DNA of 64,000 bases from the human T2T-CHM13v2.0 reference genome, Homo sapiens. Shown piece after piece: positions 30,598-46,340 of this stretch. The translations under genes and the position numbers were made by a program. The DNA lies in the NCBI RefSeq assembly GCF_009914755.1, contig NC_060925.1, one strand, 5' to 3'. How positions within the stretch are numbered: the stretch's first letter is position 1; every line of letters begins with the position of its first letter. The notes below the pieces were generated by a model. The model worked only from the letters and a program-made list of their open reading frames with translations, had not been told where the DNA came from and ran no database searches.

Positions 30598-32119
30598 TTC
30601 AATTTTTCAGCCATACTACTAAACACCCATGATTTTTATATAGTTCTGCATCTCTAGCCTTAGTGTGTTGAACTTTCCTCCCATATTTATTACCTTCTAG
30701 ATGGCTGCTGGAATTCCAGCCATCAAATCCAGGTTCAGAAAAGGAAAAGGGGCAGTGCTAGCATGAGCACCAGCCACCTCTTTCTCTCTAAAAGATAACC
30801 TCTCCAGCAGAATTCCACTTATGTTTTATTGGGAAAATATTAGATACATAGCCAGTCTTAGTTTCAAGAGAAGCTGAGATATCAACTGTATGGCAGAGAT
30901 GTAGGTTTATTGCCTGGGTCAGGCATGTTTTCAGCTTCAAAAAATTAGGTTATCGTAGCAATGAAAAATGAGGTCACTTTTGGCCAGGCAACCAAAAAAC
31001 AACCACTTATTTTCTTAACTGAAACTGAGTTGCAAATAAGAACCATTTGCAAAGCATGTTTTATATTAAAAGCACTGTTGTTGGAGTAAAATAGAATATT
31101 TGAAGAAATCTATGAAGTAAGTAGTTAGAAACCCATCAACACCAATTAATGCACTATGGGAAGCTCTCACAGTGGAGGAATAATAAATCCAAAGCACTGT
31201 GATCTTCCAATGGGAAAAAATATGACAATGACATCATGAGAGTCATAGAAATAGCATGTTTTAATCATTTTTTAAAGGAGGAACTTCACTGACTCAATCT
31301 GATGACATCTTGGCCCAATTTTAGATTGTATAATTGGGAATGCTAAACTTTCTGATCAACTTGTTACCTACTCCGCATAGTTACAAAGTTGCTTGGAGCT
31401 TTCCTTTCTATATGTGTCTTAGAGAAAGCCAATTCTCCAATCTCAGTTTGAGTAAGAGTGAGTTTAATACATGATTAATGGAACAGGCATATCCTTTAGA
31501 AAGCATATCGTGATATTTGTAATGATAAAATGATAATAATGATGGAGCTTGGCATTTATTAAATGCTTACTGTGAGTTAACGGTATTACATGCCAGAAGG
31601 TCTTCTTAGGGTCCAGCAAACAAACTGACACACTATAAAAGACCTCACCTGGCATAAAATTAACTCAGGGAAGCAGGATAGCAAATCCAACATTCTAGAA
31701 GGGCAGTTTTAGGAGTTTCTCTTACAGAAAGGAAGTCCTGAAAGCAGTTGAAGGAATAGACTCTGTCATTTAAAGTCTTAGCTCAGGTAGGTGGACATAA
31801 GATTTTCATCAAGGGGTGCAGAGTCCACCTTAACTTGGAATTTTCAAGCCCTGTAAGAGCCTATATCACTTGTAACAATTTCATGGGCATCCATAGCTTC
31901 TAGAATTCCCTCAAAAGACATGCCAAGTTACAAAAGTAGCTTGAAGCTATTATTTCCCACTAGATATCCTTAATACATTCATCATCCTCCCAGTCCAGAG
32001 GTCATTTGCTGCTCAGAGATAATTTGTGCCATAAGTAATTTTGTGTAGTAATGTTTATTAGGTTTCTAGAGAACCAGAACTAGAAATTAATCCAAGATCA
32101 AATTTATCCAAAAGGAAAG

Positions 32120-32335
32120 AGAAAAAAAATGCTAACCCTTTGCCCGCATATGTGTTATTTATTTAATATTCACAACAAGCCCATATGATGGAAAGGGTAT
32201 TATTTTTATTATCAAAGAGAAACTAAGAGCAGAGATGTAAAGTTTCTTGCCTATGATCACATAACTTGTTATTAGTAAAGCCAGGATCAAATTGAAATTT
32301 GCTCGTTCTAGGGTCTGAATTCTGAACTCCATGTC
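32120..32335 (-). mobile_element. MIR SINE
   Basis: ATTTAATATTCACAACAAGCC...AAACTAAGAGCAGAGA...GATCACATAACTTGTTA antisense MIR. Confidence 0.7.
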
Positions 32336-33392
32336 TCTCATAATTCTATGAAAGGAGAGGAGAATGTAATGTAAATTGAGCTATGTTCAGAGCTGTTTCT
32401 AAGGCTATTTAGAAATTTTATGAAAACAAAACAACTTAAACTGTTTTAAGTATCAGATCTTTTATTGTTATTTTGTTTTTAATACTGGAAAATCTAAAAT
32501 GATTGTTGATAAAGTAGCTTGCATTGATGGACACATGTCTTTTTCTCCCTCAAAATCTGTCTCGGAATAGGCAAATGTGCACTGACCAACAATCCGTGTT
32601 TACTGGAATTTGTTCCAATATGCATATTTATTGTTATTGCATATTTATTTTGTTTCACATATCCCACATCTAAATAATCATTGAATTTGGTTCAATATGC
32701 AGAAATTTGTGTAAATGAGCCTAGATTCAAGATAAGAAAAATTTCTCTGAACAATTCAAGTAACTTTCCAAAAATCAAAGGAACTTGCTAGAATACCTAT
32801 GATTCAGGCTATGAACCTGAGACATCCCAATTGCCATAGAGATATCTGCATCCTATCTATGGCTCTTCAATCTTCTTTCTTATGAAGGCATTTTCTGTTC
32901 TTACAATCCTTTGACTAGGAACACAATTTAAAATATTTCACTATCGGTATAGCCCTGGCACTAATTACTTAAAACAGGTGCTGGCCATAGCGAAGGAGAA
33001 GATCTGTATATAAGCTTTCTAGAACATTTTACCTACTACCTGGTCAATATTTGTTAGGTCAACCAGCTTTACATGCCCCTGAGATTCAAAGAAGGGAGAT
33101 GGAGAGGATAGTTAGCCATATTGAGTCAAGAATATATGGCTGAATATCAGCACTGCATCTCTCTCTGCTTTGACTTTCAGTGAATATGAGTTTTGTAGAT
33201 AAGATGATATGAAATTAGGTCTTGGGGTATAACCTACTTGTGTAGTTTCTTATGAAAGTGGGATTTGAGAATCTGGATCTTTGAAATTGTTACACTGAAG
33301 TCTACCAAATTTTTTTCTTGGCATGTCCACCAGTAAGTTCCCTTGTTTTCTCATATTATATTTTCTCACTTACGAAATAATGGGCTTGGTCT

Positions 33393-33582
33393 AGACTAGG
33401 GAATCCCAAACTGTCTATGAAATAGGAATTCCCAGGAAGTTTTGAATATTATTCACGGCAGGGTTACATTCCACACATACTCAGTAAGACTCTCCACATA
33501 TTTTTTTGGGGGAATCTGTATTTTAACAAATTCCCAGGTGATTCTTCTGTAGCTAGTCCAACCTTAGTTTGAAAACCCCTGT
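33393..33582. mobile_element. MER5-like hAT fossil
   Basis: GGAATCTGTATTTTAACAAATTCCCAGGTGATTCT...AGTTTGAAAACCCCTG. Confidence 0.65.
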
Positions 33583-33749
33583 AAAAAATAAATGATTCAT
33601 AAAGTTTCATTTGTATCAGAAGGTCCCAGACAATATTTAGAGAAAATGTTGGCAAATTATATTTATGTTCCCTTAAAGCCTATTCTGATTCCTTGAGGAG
33701 GCCCTATTAAGATTCTGCTATTTTCACCTCTCCCAAGACCTGTTGTATA

Positions 33750-34703
33750 TCAGTCCTGAACATCCCTAGGATAGTGACATCTGCCCATCACTGTCTTCCT
33801 GAAGGCCTCCTTCACCTCCTTGTTCCTCAGGCAGTAGATGGCTGGGTTGAAGAATGGTACAATGATAGTGTAGAGCACAGAGATAATCTTGTTGTGGTTG
33901 AAGGTGTACATGGCCCGGGGCCGTGCATAGGTGAAGAGAGTGGAGGAGTAGTAGATAACAACCACTGCCAGATGAGCGGCACAAGTGGAAAAGGCTTTGT
34001 GGCGTCCCCTGGACGTAGGGATCCTCAGGATGGCTGCAATGATGGCAGTGTATGATGAAACCACAGCCAATAGAGGGAGTAGAATCATCACCAGGGCCAG
34101 AAGGAAGTCTACTAGCTCTGCTTGCTCCTTGTCAGAGCAGGTGAGGTTGAGTAGTGGGGAAATATCACAGAAAAAGTGGTTGATAATGTTGGGTCCACAG
34201 TAGGACAATTGGGAAATAAAAAGAAGCTTCATCATGGAGCTGAAGAAGCCACTGCCCCAAGAGGCAGCAGCAAGGCGAGTGGCCAGACTGGAAGGCATGA
34301 GACTAGGGTAAAGGAGGGGTCCACAGATGGCCAGGTAGCGATCATAGGCCATAACTGCCAACAGCACACATTCAGTACAGGCTAAGGCAATAAAGAAGTA
34401 CAGTTGGGTCATGCAACCTACGTAGGAGACTCTACCATCCTGGGTAAGAAAGGCTGCCAAGAGCCGAGGAATGGTGACATTGATGTACCATAGCTCCAGG
34501 AAAGAGAGATGGCCAAGGAAAAAGTACATGGGACGATGAAGGCTTGGAGCAAGCCATATTGTGAAGACAATAAGTGCATTCTCCAACAATGTCAGAAGGT
34601 AAATTGCAAAAAAAAGGACAAAGAGGAGCAGCTGGAGGGGAGGCGTGGTAGGGAAACCCACCAAGACAAACTCCTCGACATGGCCTCCACTCAAATTTCT
34701 CAT
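33750..34703 (-). CDS. OR6P1: Olfactory receptor 6P1 (317 aa from MRNLSGG)
   Basis: LHRPMYFFL, MAYDRYLAIC, FFCD, SSY, KAFSTCAAHL and PFFNPAIYCLRN motifs. First ATG at 34703 in GCCATG context; the longer 341-aa track ORF starts at TTG in intronic sequence. Confidence 0.95.
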   Translation of the reverse strand: MRNLSGGHVEEFVLVGFPTTPPLQLLLFVLFFAIYLLTLLENALIVFTIWLAPSLHRPMYFFLGHLSFLELWYINVTIPRLLAAFLTQDGRVSYVGCMTQLYFFIALACTECVLLAVMAYDRYLAICGPLLYPSLMPSSLATRLAAASWGSGFFSSMMKLLFISQLSYCGPNIINHFFCDISPLLNLTCSDKEQAELVDFLLALVMILLPLLAVVSSYTAIIAAILRIPTSRGRHKAFSTCAAHLAVVVIYYSSTLFTYARPRAMYTFNHNKIISVLYTIIVPFFNPAIYCLRNKEVKEAFRKTVMGRCHYPRDVQD

Positions 34704-34725
34704 GGCTCTCTGTCCACTTGAGTGC

Positions 34726-34755
34726 CTAAAATAAATCACAGGAAGAACAAGAGGT
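34726..34755 (-). promoter_or_regulatory. 3' splice acceptor of the OR6P1 coding exon
   Basis: Minus strand reads CCTCTTGTTCTTCCTGTGATTTATTTTAG|GCACTC, 22 nt before the ATG. Confidence 0.72.
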
Positions 34756-35375
34756 TTGAAAGATAGCTGCAACAAACCACCAACATACTCTCACAGGTTA
34801 TAACCACTGAAGAGCTTAGTGGCATATTAATTATTATAACATTTTTCCTCTTCACTTTGCTGTTTTTTCTCTCACCTTATAGGAAAAGTTAACAGACCTG
34901 AGTACTCAATTACCTAGCAATCTTAACTACAGTGGGTATTTGATAAATACTTTCTGAGTGATTTCAGAACTGCTTGGCATTTTGATTCTTGTTTTCTTGT
35001 CCAGGACATGCTCTTCCTTTACATCCCTTAGAAACAACAATAAACTCCTAAGCCCACAGCACCTTTACTCAGTATCTGTTGAATGAGGGAATAAAAGAAA
35101 GTGTGACAGCAAGCTAGAGCCTACAAGCTTATTTCTCAAGGGAAATTGTACTAAGGGGAAGTAATAACTCAAGGAGATTGCTTGAACTATAATGCAAGGC
35201 AACACGGCAGTATGAAGATTGCTCTGAAAAATATTCATTTCCAAATAGAGAGACAATTCAATACAAAGGAGATAATGAAGTTCTGCTCCAGAGAATAGTT
35301 ATTTTTCCGTTCACTTTACATATATTTTTGAATACATTTGTAGTGCTAGAATTAGGCAGTCTTATTTCCAGGAGG

Positions 35376-35895
35376 TATAACAGATTAAAAAATTGAACTT
35401 CTGAAAGTTGTACATGTCTTAATTCCTGGAATCTATAAATGTTACATCATACGGCAAATATTTTGCAAATGTGATTAAATTAAGGACTTTGAGATGGAGG
35501 GCTTATCCTGGATTTTCTAGGTGGGCCTTAAATACAATGAAAAAGGTCTTTACAAGACAGAGATAGAGTGAAATTTGAAACGGACACACAGAGGAGAAGG
35601 CAATGTAAAGATGAAGCAGAGACAGATTTAAGGATGCTGGCCTTGGAGACTGCAATGATTTGGCCACAAGATCTTTATCTTGAATGAATGCCCACAGCCA
35701 TCAGAAGCTAAAAGAGGCAAGAAGAATTTCTCAAGAGCCTCCAGAGGGAGTGCGGCTCTGCCTGTGCCTTGAATTGAGCCAAGTGATACTGATTTTGGAT
35801 TTCTGGCCTCCAGAACTGTGAGAAAATAACTCTCTGTTGTTAAAACCCACCATATTTGTGGCAGTTTGTTACAGTAGCCATGGGAAACTGATGCA
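35376..35895 (+). mobile_element. MLT1C/D-like MaLR LTR
   Basis: TTTGCAAATGTGATTAAATTAAGGACTTTGAGATGG...TTCTGGCCTCCAGAACTGTGAGAAAATAA...GGAAACTGATGCA. Confidence 0.85.
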
Positions 35896-36157
35896 ACTGG
35901 TGAGGCAGGAAAATGAAAGAGGAAGTCATTTTCTCAACCATTCTTCTATGCTTTTCCAGTCTTCTTTTAACATTGTCAGTGACCTGACGTCTCCAGGGAG
36001 ACCCTGGTAAAATTACAAGTCTGACTTGAGATTGGGTGACATGTCATTAAGCATTTTTACTTTTGGTGTGATATAAGTACCTGTCTTTAAACATTATTTT
36101 CCTCTAAGAAACTTAAAAAATGATATACTAATTTGCATAGTTTTAACTTGACATCAA

Positions 36158-36283
36158 ATTTTTTATTTTTATTTTTATTTTTAAAGGATGAGTCCTTGCT
36201 GTGTTCTTCAGGCTGGACTCAAACTCCTGGGCTCAAGGAATCCTTTCACTTCAGCCTCCTGTGTAGCTAGGACTACAGGCACA
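36158..36283 (-). mobile_element. FLAM monomer
   Basis: T-rich tail, then CAGGCTGGACTCAAACTCCTGGGCTCAAG...GACTACAGGCAC; ACATC-containing degenerate TSD. Confidence 0.8.
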
Positions 36284-37921
36284 ACATCTACTTTTTATCA
36301 GACATTTATGTGGCCACAGGGAGTCTAATTTTTTACTGCATTATGAGAATTGAACTTTTAAATGAAACTATTAGATTACTTCTTTATGTATTCAATGAAA
36401 TCTAATGAAATCTAAATATCAGTGCTATGGTAATGATATCCACTGATACTTGTTTAAACAAGTACACAAATGAGCGTATCTTTTTAAAACTGGAAATTTT
36501 AAATCATTTATTTCACCAAAGTCACAATTCATGGTATTGTAATATATTTATAATTGCAAGTCTTTTATTGATTTCTCTGTATCATCTACCTACATGTTTA
36601 TTGTTTCCTGTACTTTTAAGACTATGAGTGCTTTATAAAAGATTTTCTCTAGCTGTTATATAATTAGCATACATTTACCTAAAGCAATATAAATATAAAT
36701 ATATAAAACATCTAAAAATACATTGGACAAAAATTTTTAAATTTACTGGAAAACTATCTCATAATAATGTATATTATGCTTTTGTCCAATGTTTGCGTGT
36801 ATTGTAAGACTTATTACCACAATGAGAAACATTTTAGCATCGATTCTATTCTGAATTTTCATTTTGGAGGTGTAAACACTAAGCAAACTAGTTCACATAT
36901 AAGTGATATTGATGTACCATAGCTCCATGAATGAAAGTTAGTTTTGTTATAGAAATAACACTAGATTATTTAAACTTTTTATTAGTTGTGTGCCAGAAAA
37001 TATTCAGTAACATATCATCAAAATTATTTTCATTCATCTATTAGCTGACAACTTGATTAGCTTCTATTTCAATTGCATTGAAAGAAATAGATTGCAAACC
37101 ACTGACCTGCAAAAGGATTTGATACCCAGTTATTAGCCATTTACTTTCTCAACACTGACATTGGCAATGGCATTAACTTACACTCTTGGACACTTCCATA
37201 TGGCAAGATTTTGCTATGCTTTTCCTTGTTAAAAAAAAATTAAAGAGAAGTGGGAAAGGAAAGGACACTTTCTCTAGCAGATCAATTTTAAGAGCTCTTA
37301 GAGGAGTTGAAGATGAGAGAATCAGTCCTTTGGAACTATTCTTGCCTGGACATTGGAAGATTTTTATTTTTATTTTTATACCCTCAAGTGTCCAAAAAGT
37401 CCAGTTTGGAAACAGTGACTTTAATGCATCAGATACTTTTCGGAGTGAGAGTTTAAAGAGAAGGTATGAGTGGTAAGGTTAGGGACAGGGTAGGAAGGAA
37501 GCCCAACATGCCTCAGGAGTAGGTAATAACAGAGGATGGGAAAAACTTGAAAATGATGGCTGGAAATTCTCAAGAGACAAGGTAAGGGAATTGAGATGCT
37601 AAGGCAGACTGAACAATGACAGAACATCTGAAAGGGGACTTGTCCTTACCCCTCTATTATCAGTGTAACAGAGCAGTAGCAAATCATAGTAGGCACTCAA
37701 TAAATATTAGTGGAATGAGTTTCAGTCTTGATTTGTTTAGTCTTGAATTTACATCATTCAGATTGATATTATACTTTGAAAATATAGGTAATTGAACTAA
37801 AGGAAAACTAGGGTTCTTTTCCAGTTATTGCACTGCATAAAATTGGTGAAATTCCAACCTACCAGGGTCAGTCCTGAGGGATGTGGGAAAGTTGTTGGAA
37901 AACGGAGTGAAGGGTGGGAAG

Positions 37922-38930
37922 CAGCAAAAGAAACCACCATCAGCGTCAACAGGCAACCTACAGAATGGGAGAAAATTTTTGCAATCCACTCATCTGACAA
38001 AGGGCTAATATCCAGAATCTGCAAATAACTCAAACAAATTTACAAGAAAAAAACAAACAACCCCATCAAAAAGTGGGCGAAGGATATGAAGAGACACTTC
38101 TCAAAAGAAGACATTTATGCAGCCAAAAGACACATGAGAAAATGCTCACCATCACTGGCCATCAGAGAAATGCAAATCAAAACCACAATGAGATACCATC
38201 TCACACCAGTTAGAATGGCCATCATTAAAAAGTCAGGAAACAACAGGTGCTGGAGAGGATGTGGAGAAATAGGAACACTTTTACACTGTTGGTGGGACTG
38301 TAAACTAGTTCAACCATTGTGGAAGACAGTGTGGTGATTCCTCAGGGATCTAGAACCAGAAATACCATTTGACCCAGCCATCCCATTACTGGGTATATAC
38401 CCAAAGGACTATAAATCATGCTGCTATAAAGACACATGCACACGTGTGTTTATTGCGGCACTATTCACAATAGCAAAGACTTGGAACCAACCCAAATGTC
38501 CAACAATGATAGACTGGATTAAGAAAATGTGGCACATATACACCATGGAATACTATGCAGCCATAAAAAATGATGAGTTCATGTCCTTTGTAGGGACATG
38601 GATGAAATTGGAAATCATCATTCTCAGTAAACTATCGCAAGAACAAAAAACCAAACACCGCATATTCTCACTCATAGGTGGGAATTGAACAATGAGAACA
38701 CATGGACACAGGAAGGGGAACATCACACTCTGGGGACTGTTGTGGGTTGGGGGAGGGGGGAGGGATAGCATTGGGAGATACACCTAATGCTAGATGACGA
38801 GTTAGTGGGTGCAGCGCACCAGCATGGCACATGTATACATATGTAACTAACCTGCACAATGTGCACATGTACCCTAAAACTTAAAGTATAATAATAAATA
38901 AATAAATAAATAAATAAAACTAAAACCACA
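37922..38930 (+). mobile_element. 5'-truncated young L1 (L1PA2/3-like), about 1 kb
   Basis: Near-consensus ORF2 C-terminus ending IFSLIGGN* at 38688. The 3' UTR reads GATGACGAGTTAGTGGGTGCAGCGCACCAGC (GAG, not the L1HS-Ta ACA); (TAAA)n tail. Confidence 0.95.
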
Positions 38931-41534
38931 CACACACAAAAAAGAAATTTACTGACTGTTCACAAGTTTGTTGGAAGCCAATCCTGCTCTGTAGCCTACA
39001 GTGACTTAGATTGTCTGCTGATTCAAAGACAAGACTGCAAGTTGGTCCCCTTGTGCCCAGAGGTGCCTATACCCCTCCCTCCTGCCCACCCCTCAGTCAT
39101 ATTATGACATCACCTTCACGAGTTTCAAGCTCAGTTGCTGAAAACTGAACCCTTTTTGCTATTTAACCTGGCCTGCTACTGCAGAGAAATTTCTTCTCCA
39201 ACCAAGGCAACTTCAGCCCCTATTGTCCACCAGAAATTGTCTGTTCTTTTATTCTTTTCCTGCTCCCAGTCTGCCCTCCCTGTTTGAAGAGGCCCTCCTC
39301 GATAGACTACTTCTGAATCATAGTACTCAGATCCCCTCTGTAGCTCTGAGTATATCACGGCACTGTGCCCACTGAACTCTTCTTGTATTTGTTCTTTCTT
39401 TTTGTTTCTTACTTGCTTTAACTTCTAGGTGTGTCTTCTCCATCATCAGTCTGGGAGCCCTTCCTCCTCTATTAGTGCTACAAAATTTTTATATCAAGGG
39501 AGGATTCTACCATTAGCCTGCAATGTTAGCAGTCACACAGTGATGATCTCTTTAAACATACCCTTCTCATTTGGCAACTTAGATTCCAAGTAATAATTAA
39601 TGGGGAACACCTTGAAGAATTCTCCTGTTGTATTTTCCCTCAGAACCAAGAACAGCTCTTTATGGGTTGGTCTTCTCAGGACTAGATGATATTGATGCTA
39701 TTGTACAATTTATCTTTTATTTGCCTTTGAATGCTCCCCTTCAACATTACCCTCCCCTTTACTCCTGTTTTCCATTCCTCTCATTTATTCCTCCAGTCAC
39801 AGCAGAGTTCTTCAAGACACCACTCTGTTATTTTACCTCTGGTCTTTTGCACATGAATAAACATAATAAACAACAAAGCCTCTGTGAGGACTTTGTCCAA
39901 AAAGTCCTTCACACTCACAGCTGCTATTATGACCATGACTCTATTAATAGATCTATGGGGTAGCTATGTACCTTCCTGGATTTGTCCTCCTTGGTAGCAG
40001 AGATCTCACTCATTGCTCTATTCTAGTGAAGTTCATTGCTTTGGCCATAATACATAACCAACGTATATTTATCAAATTAGTTAAGAAATAAATAAGGTAA
40101 TACTTTAAGAACTTGGAAATTTAAGAGGTAGAATGTCATTTCAGGGGTGGAATGTCGAACCTGTTTTATTATTTGTGAAATAGTTCTGCTGCCACTGCTG
40201 GTAATATTTGTCATTCCTACTTCACTAGATTATATCACATTAACAGAGACGATTACCTGAGAATTATTTGCCCATAATATGAAACAACTTATTATTGTAA
40301 AGCACATTGGTGATACCATAGCTCTGTGGGCCTGAAACCATGTAGATATCACTTGGATCTTCCAAATTAGCTATTCACACCAGCACATTTGCCTGGATTC
40401 CTGTTTAACCTCTACCTTTTAGGTGTTACATAAGTGAAGGTTAGTAGTAGATTGCCTGGTGTTCAGTGGTGCTCTATGGGAAGCAACACAAGCCTTCATC
40501 TGGAGACACATTGGGCAGAGCCCTGTGCATAGGTATATCCCACTCCCAGAGAAAACTACCTGTTTTGTTTTTCTTTGTTTCCCTTGAATTCCTCATTTAT
40601 CATCACAAATTGAAGAATCTTAATGCACCTACCAAAAAACTGGTGAATTAACAACTGAAGACTGTCTGAGATTATTATAATTACTGTCTTCGTCTCTATC
40701 TATAAGGCATATGAAGAAGATATAATAATAATTCATTACTCTGTGCAGGGTAGTGAGTATTTTTCATATGCTAACTTAATTCTCACAACAGCCCAGTGAG
40801 TTTAAGCACCATTATTTCTATTTGTAAATGACACAGAAAGATGAGTGATTTTTTTCCTCAAGATCATACATCTAGAAAATTGCAGAAGTGGAATAAACTT
40901 TGATAATCTCGCTATGCAGGTATGGTGGGAAATTTAACCTCTATCCTGTACATCTTCCATGGAAATAAGTAAATGTCCATGGTTATAGCCAAGTGGACTC
41001 ATTTACATAACAATAAAGGGTTTTTGTTTGTTTGTCTTCTCTGTGTATGGCAGTCAAATTCATTCAATAGTTTTTGTTTTTTTTTAAATCTCATTCGAAT
41101 TCGTAGATATAGACTTAATATGATAGGTATTTCTTTGGGTCTTGCCTTAGGGCAAGGGAAGTGCTACAGCCTAAACACACAAAGATTGGCTTCTGCCTCT
41201 CTTATCATGGCTTTCTGCTTTCTGGGTTCCCCTTTCCCACACATATTTTCCTGCCCTGACCAATGCCTTCACAAATCTCTAACATTTTACCTCATTGCCA
41301 CTTAAAAAAAATCCCTCACCCTTGTGAACATTTCAGATGCATTTCTCAGGTGCTATCTCTAGAATCATAAACACATGAACAAAAGATTAAAATGACAGGG
41401 TACTCACTCTGAGATGTTCGAATGATTAAGCTTTTTCAAATTTTAAGCACATTTTATATCTCAAGAAATTCAAGCAATTTTCAGGATTATACGGAATTGA
41501 AAATCATAGGGAATGGATGAAGGATTTGAGGGTG

Positions 41535-41960
41535 TCTAACCTGAATAAGAACAAAATTTGTCACAGAAGTTCACCTACTTCTTTGCTTGCCTGTCTTCCA
41601 CATTCACACATATACCCTGCCTTTTGATATTTGTCAATAGGCTGATTAACTTTTGCCTCTGGGCAGGTATGGTTTGCCCTAGAAACTCTTCAATAAAGTT
41701 GATACTTCATGCTGGTCTCTAAGTTGTTTGTGGCACGGTAGGGCTGAGGTTTTGCAGATGGGGCCCTGAAGCAAACAGAGGCAGCAGTAGCAAGCCCTTA
41801 TTACATTTCCCTTATTATATTCTCATCAGGGACATAGCCCTTAGTATGCATTGTCATGGTGACCTACCTCTCCCCAAGAAGACTGTGTCCAAGTCGCCTC
41901 AGGGACCCTTTGTTCTAGGGCATAGGTGATACAATGAAAAAGCATTGTCCAGAGGGACAC
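41535..41960 (-). promoter_or_regulatory. Candidate OR6P1 first exon / promoter region
   Basis: Possible donors CAG|GTTAGA (exon end 41541) and TAG|GTGAAC (41575); O/E-like TCCCTGAGG and TCCCTCTGGA on the minus strand at about 41897-41957. Confidence 0.35.
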
Positions 41961-43404
41961 GGGTGTGCACTGAAGTGGAGTAACGTCCTCGGGTTCATTG
42001 CCTGAGTGTCATCCATGTAGTGCTTCCACAAACCCTATTTTCAGAAGTGCCTAAGAGGCGCCTAGATATAATGATAATTCAAAACTAAAATTCTGTTGAG
42101 GAAATAACACAATAAAGTAAGAGTTATGGACAAGTTAATTCTGATAGCTTATTTAGACTGTTACATTTTTTGAGAAGATGTTTATTTGTTAAACTCTGTT
42201 CACCGTTGCCTCTTATTACTTGTTTGTGCTTATGTATGAGGGAGAAATGCTTTATCTCTCTTCCATAAGTCTACAAGCTCCGTGAGGAAAGCCTGTTTGC
42301 TGCTTGCCCTTCTTTACAACCCTTTGTAAATAAAACTTGGTGCACGGGGAAGATCTCAGGATAATTGGTGGGAAGATGTGTAGAGGAGTGCTTGTGAATT
42401 CCTGAGTCCTGCCTCAGATCTGAGTCTGTTTCTGAAAATAATGGGGTTTTCTTTCTCTTACCACTCTGGTTTTCCTGACTGTCATTCATACCCAGGTTAC
42501 TTCTTTGCTTCTTGTTCTTCTGAACTGTAGCAAATGGAGTAGGGTTCCTCGTGGGGTATGTGCTAAGCAGCCTGTCACCGAAAGTGTTCAAGCAGAGCCC
42601 AGACGACCTGTTTAGGATGCAATATTGGAGAGGAAGTGCCTCCAGTAAAAATGATGGCTCTCTTCTCTTGGCAATAATGACAATTTGTTGTTACTGCAGA
42701 ACAATAGAGTTGTAAGTAAATACTTTGCAAAAGATTAAATGATGCTATAAGGAGTTGGAGAAATGCAGTTATTGCAGAGATTTTAGCTCAAATGGTAAGG
42801 AGATGGTGACTTTCAGAAAACACAGAAGGCAGAACAACATGAGAAAGCCAGGGATGAGTTCAGTCTTGACATATTAAGCTCAAGGGAAAGGCAGGTATAT
42901 GCAGCAATAAATCAGAAATATTGGCTTGGATCTTAAGTCTGTCTTCAGTTTATAAACTTGGGAGTCAGCATTAATAAATATGTAAAATCACACTTGATAA
43001 ATGTAACCAGAGGAACAGAGTTGAGAACAAAAAGAAAGAGAAAGATGGAAAGGAAATGCTTGAGAAATGCAGACCAAAGAAGGAAAAAGACCAAAAATTG
43101 TCCAAGAAAGGAATTGTAAGAGTACAGTGTTTTCTGGAAGTTAAGGGGCTAGACAATTTCAGGAAGGTGAGGGTGGTGATAAAACAAGAAAAAAGTATTA
43201 AAATAAAAAAGAGGAAGCTGTTTTTACACTTTTTCCTATTGGTGCAAAAAATACACAATTGCCATTTACTGAACAATCACTGTATACTGGACATTTTGCT
43301 AAAAACTTTATACATATTTTATTTAATTATCTTAGCAATACAATGTAGCTATAATCCAAACTGCCAAGTTTAGAATGGTACAAAAATACAACTGCTTAAA
43401 TAAG

Positions 43405-43825
43405 ATAGAATTTATTTCTCTTTCATATAGCCCTACAGTGATGAGTGGTCCATAATTGGCATGGCCTGTGGAGCAGCTTGATTTCACAAGATTGTAAAAA
43501 GCACAGGCAGATGGTTGGTCCTCCCAGACTCAATAGAAGGCTTCTATTGGAAGTCCAAGGCACTGTTCTGTTTTTCCCTGTCCTCACCATCAGGAAAGCA
43601 GAAAGAGAGAAACTGATCTTCAGAGAGAGAGATACAGAAGTTTCACCCATCATTTCCACTTATATCTCATTGATTAAAAACTTGGTCACTTAATAGTCAA
43701 ACCCGGCCACAAAGAAAGCTAATAAATGTAGTAACTAACTGGCCATCTGTGTACTCAGCTAAAATTCCAGAGAGTTCTATTACTGAGCTTGTAGTGAGAA
43801 TATATATTATCACTGGCAGTTTCAG
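43405..43825 (-). mobile_element. Old MLT1J/K-like LTR
   Basis: CATTTCCACTTATATCTCATTG...GGTCACTT...AAAGAAAGCTAATAAATGTAGT; a similar degraded piece lies at about 30690-31000. Confidence 0.55.
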
Positions 43826-43954
43826 ATACAAGAAATTATGATCCTGTTAAAGAGGTAAAAATGATGCTTAAAAAAAGTAAGTGATTATCATAGAATCACA
43901 CACTTAGTATATGGCAAAGACAGAAATTAAACTCAAATCATATTGATTCTGAGT

Positions 43955-46340
<2,386 letters not shown>

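Noticed and set aside
33750-34775. 341-aa extended OR6P1 ORF
   Set aside because: It starts at TTG and crosses a splice acceptor. The first ATG is at 34703, giving a typical 317-aa OR.
37922-38930. Active L1HS
   Set aside because: Only about 1 kb long, with a premature stop at 38337 and GAG rather than the Ta-type ACA diagnostic.
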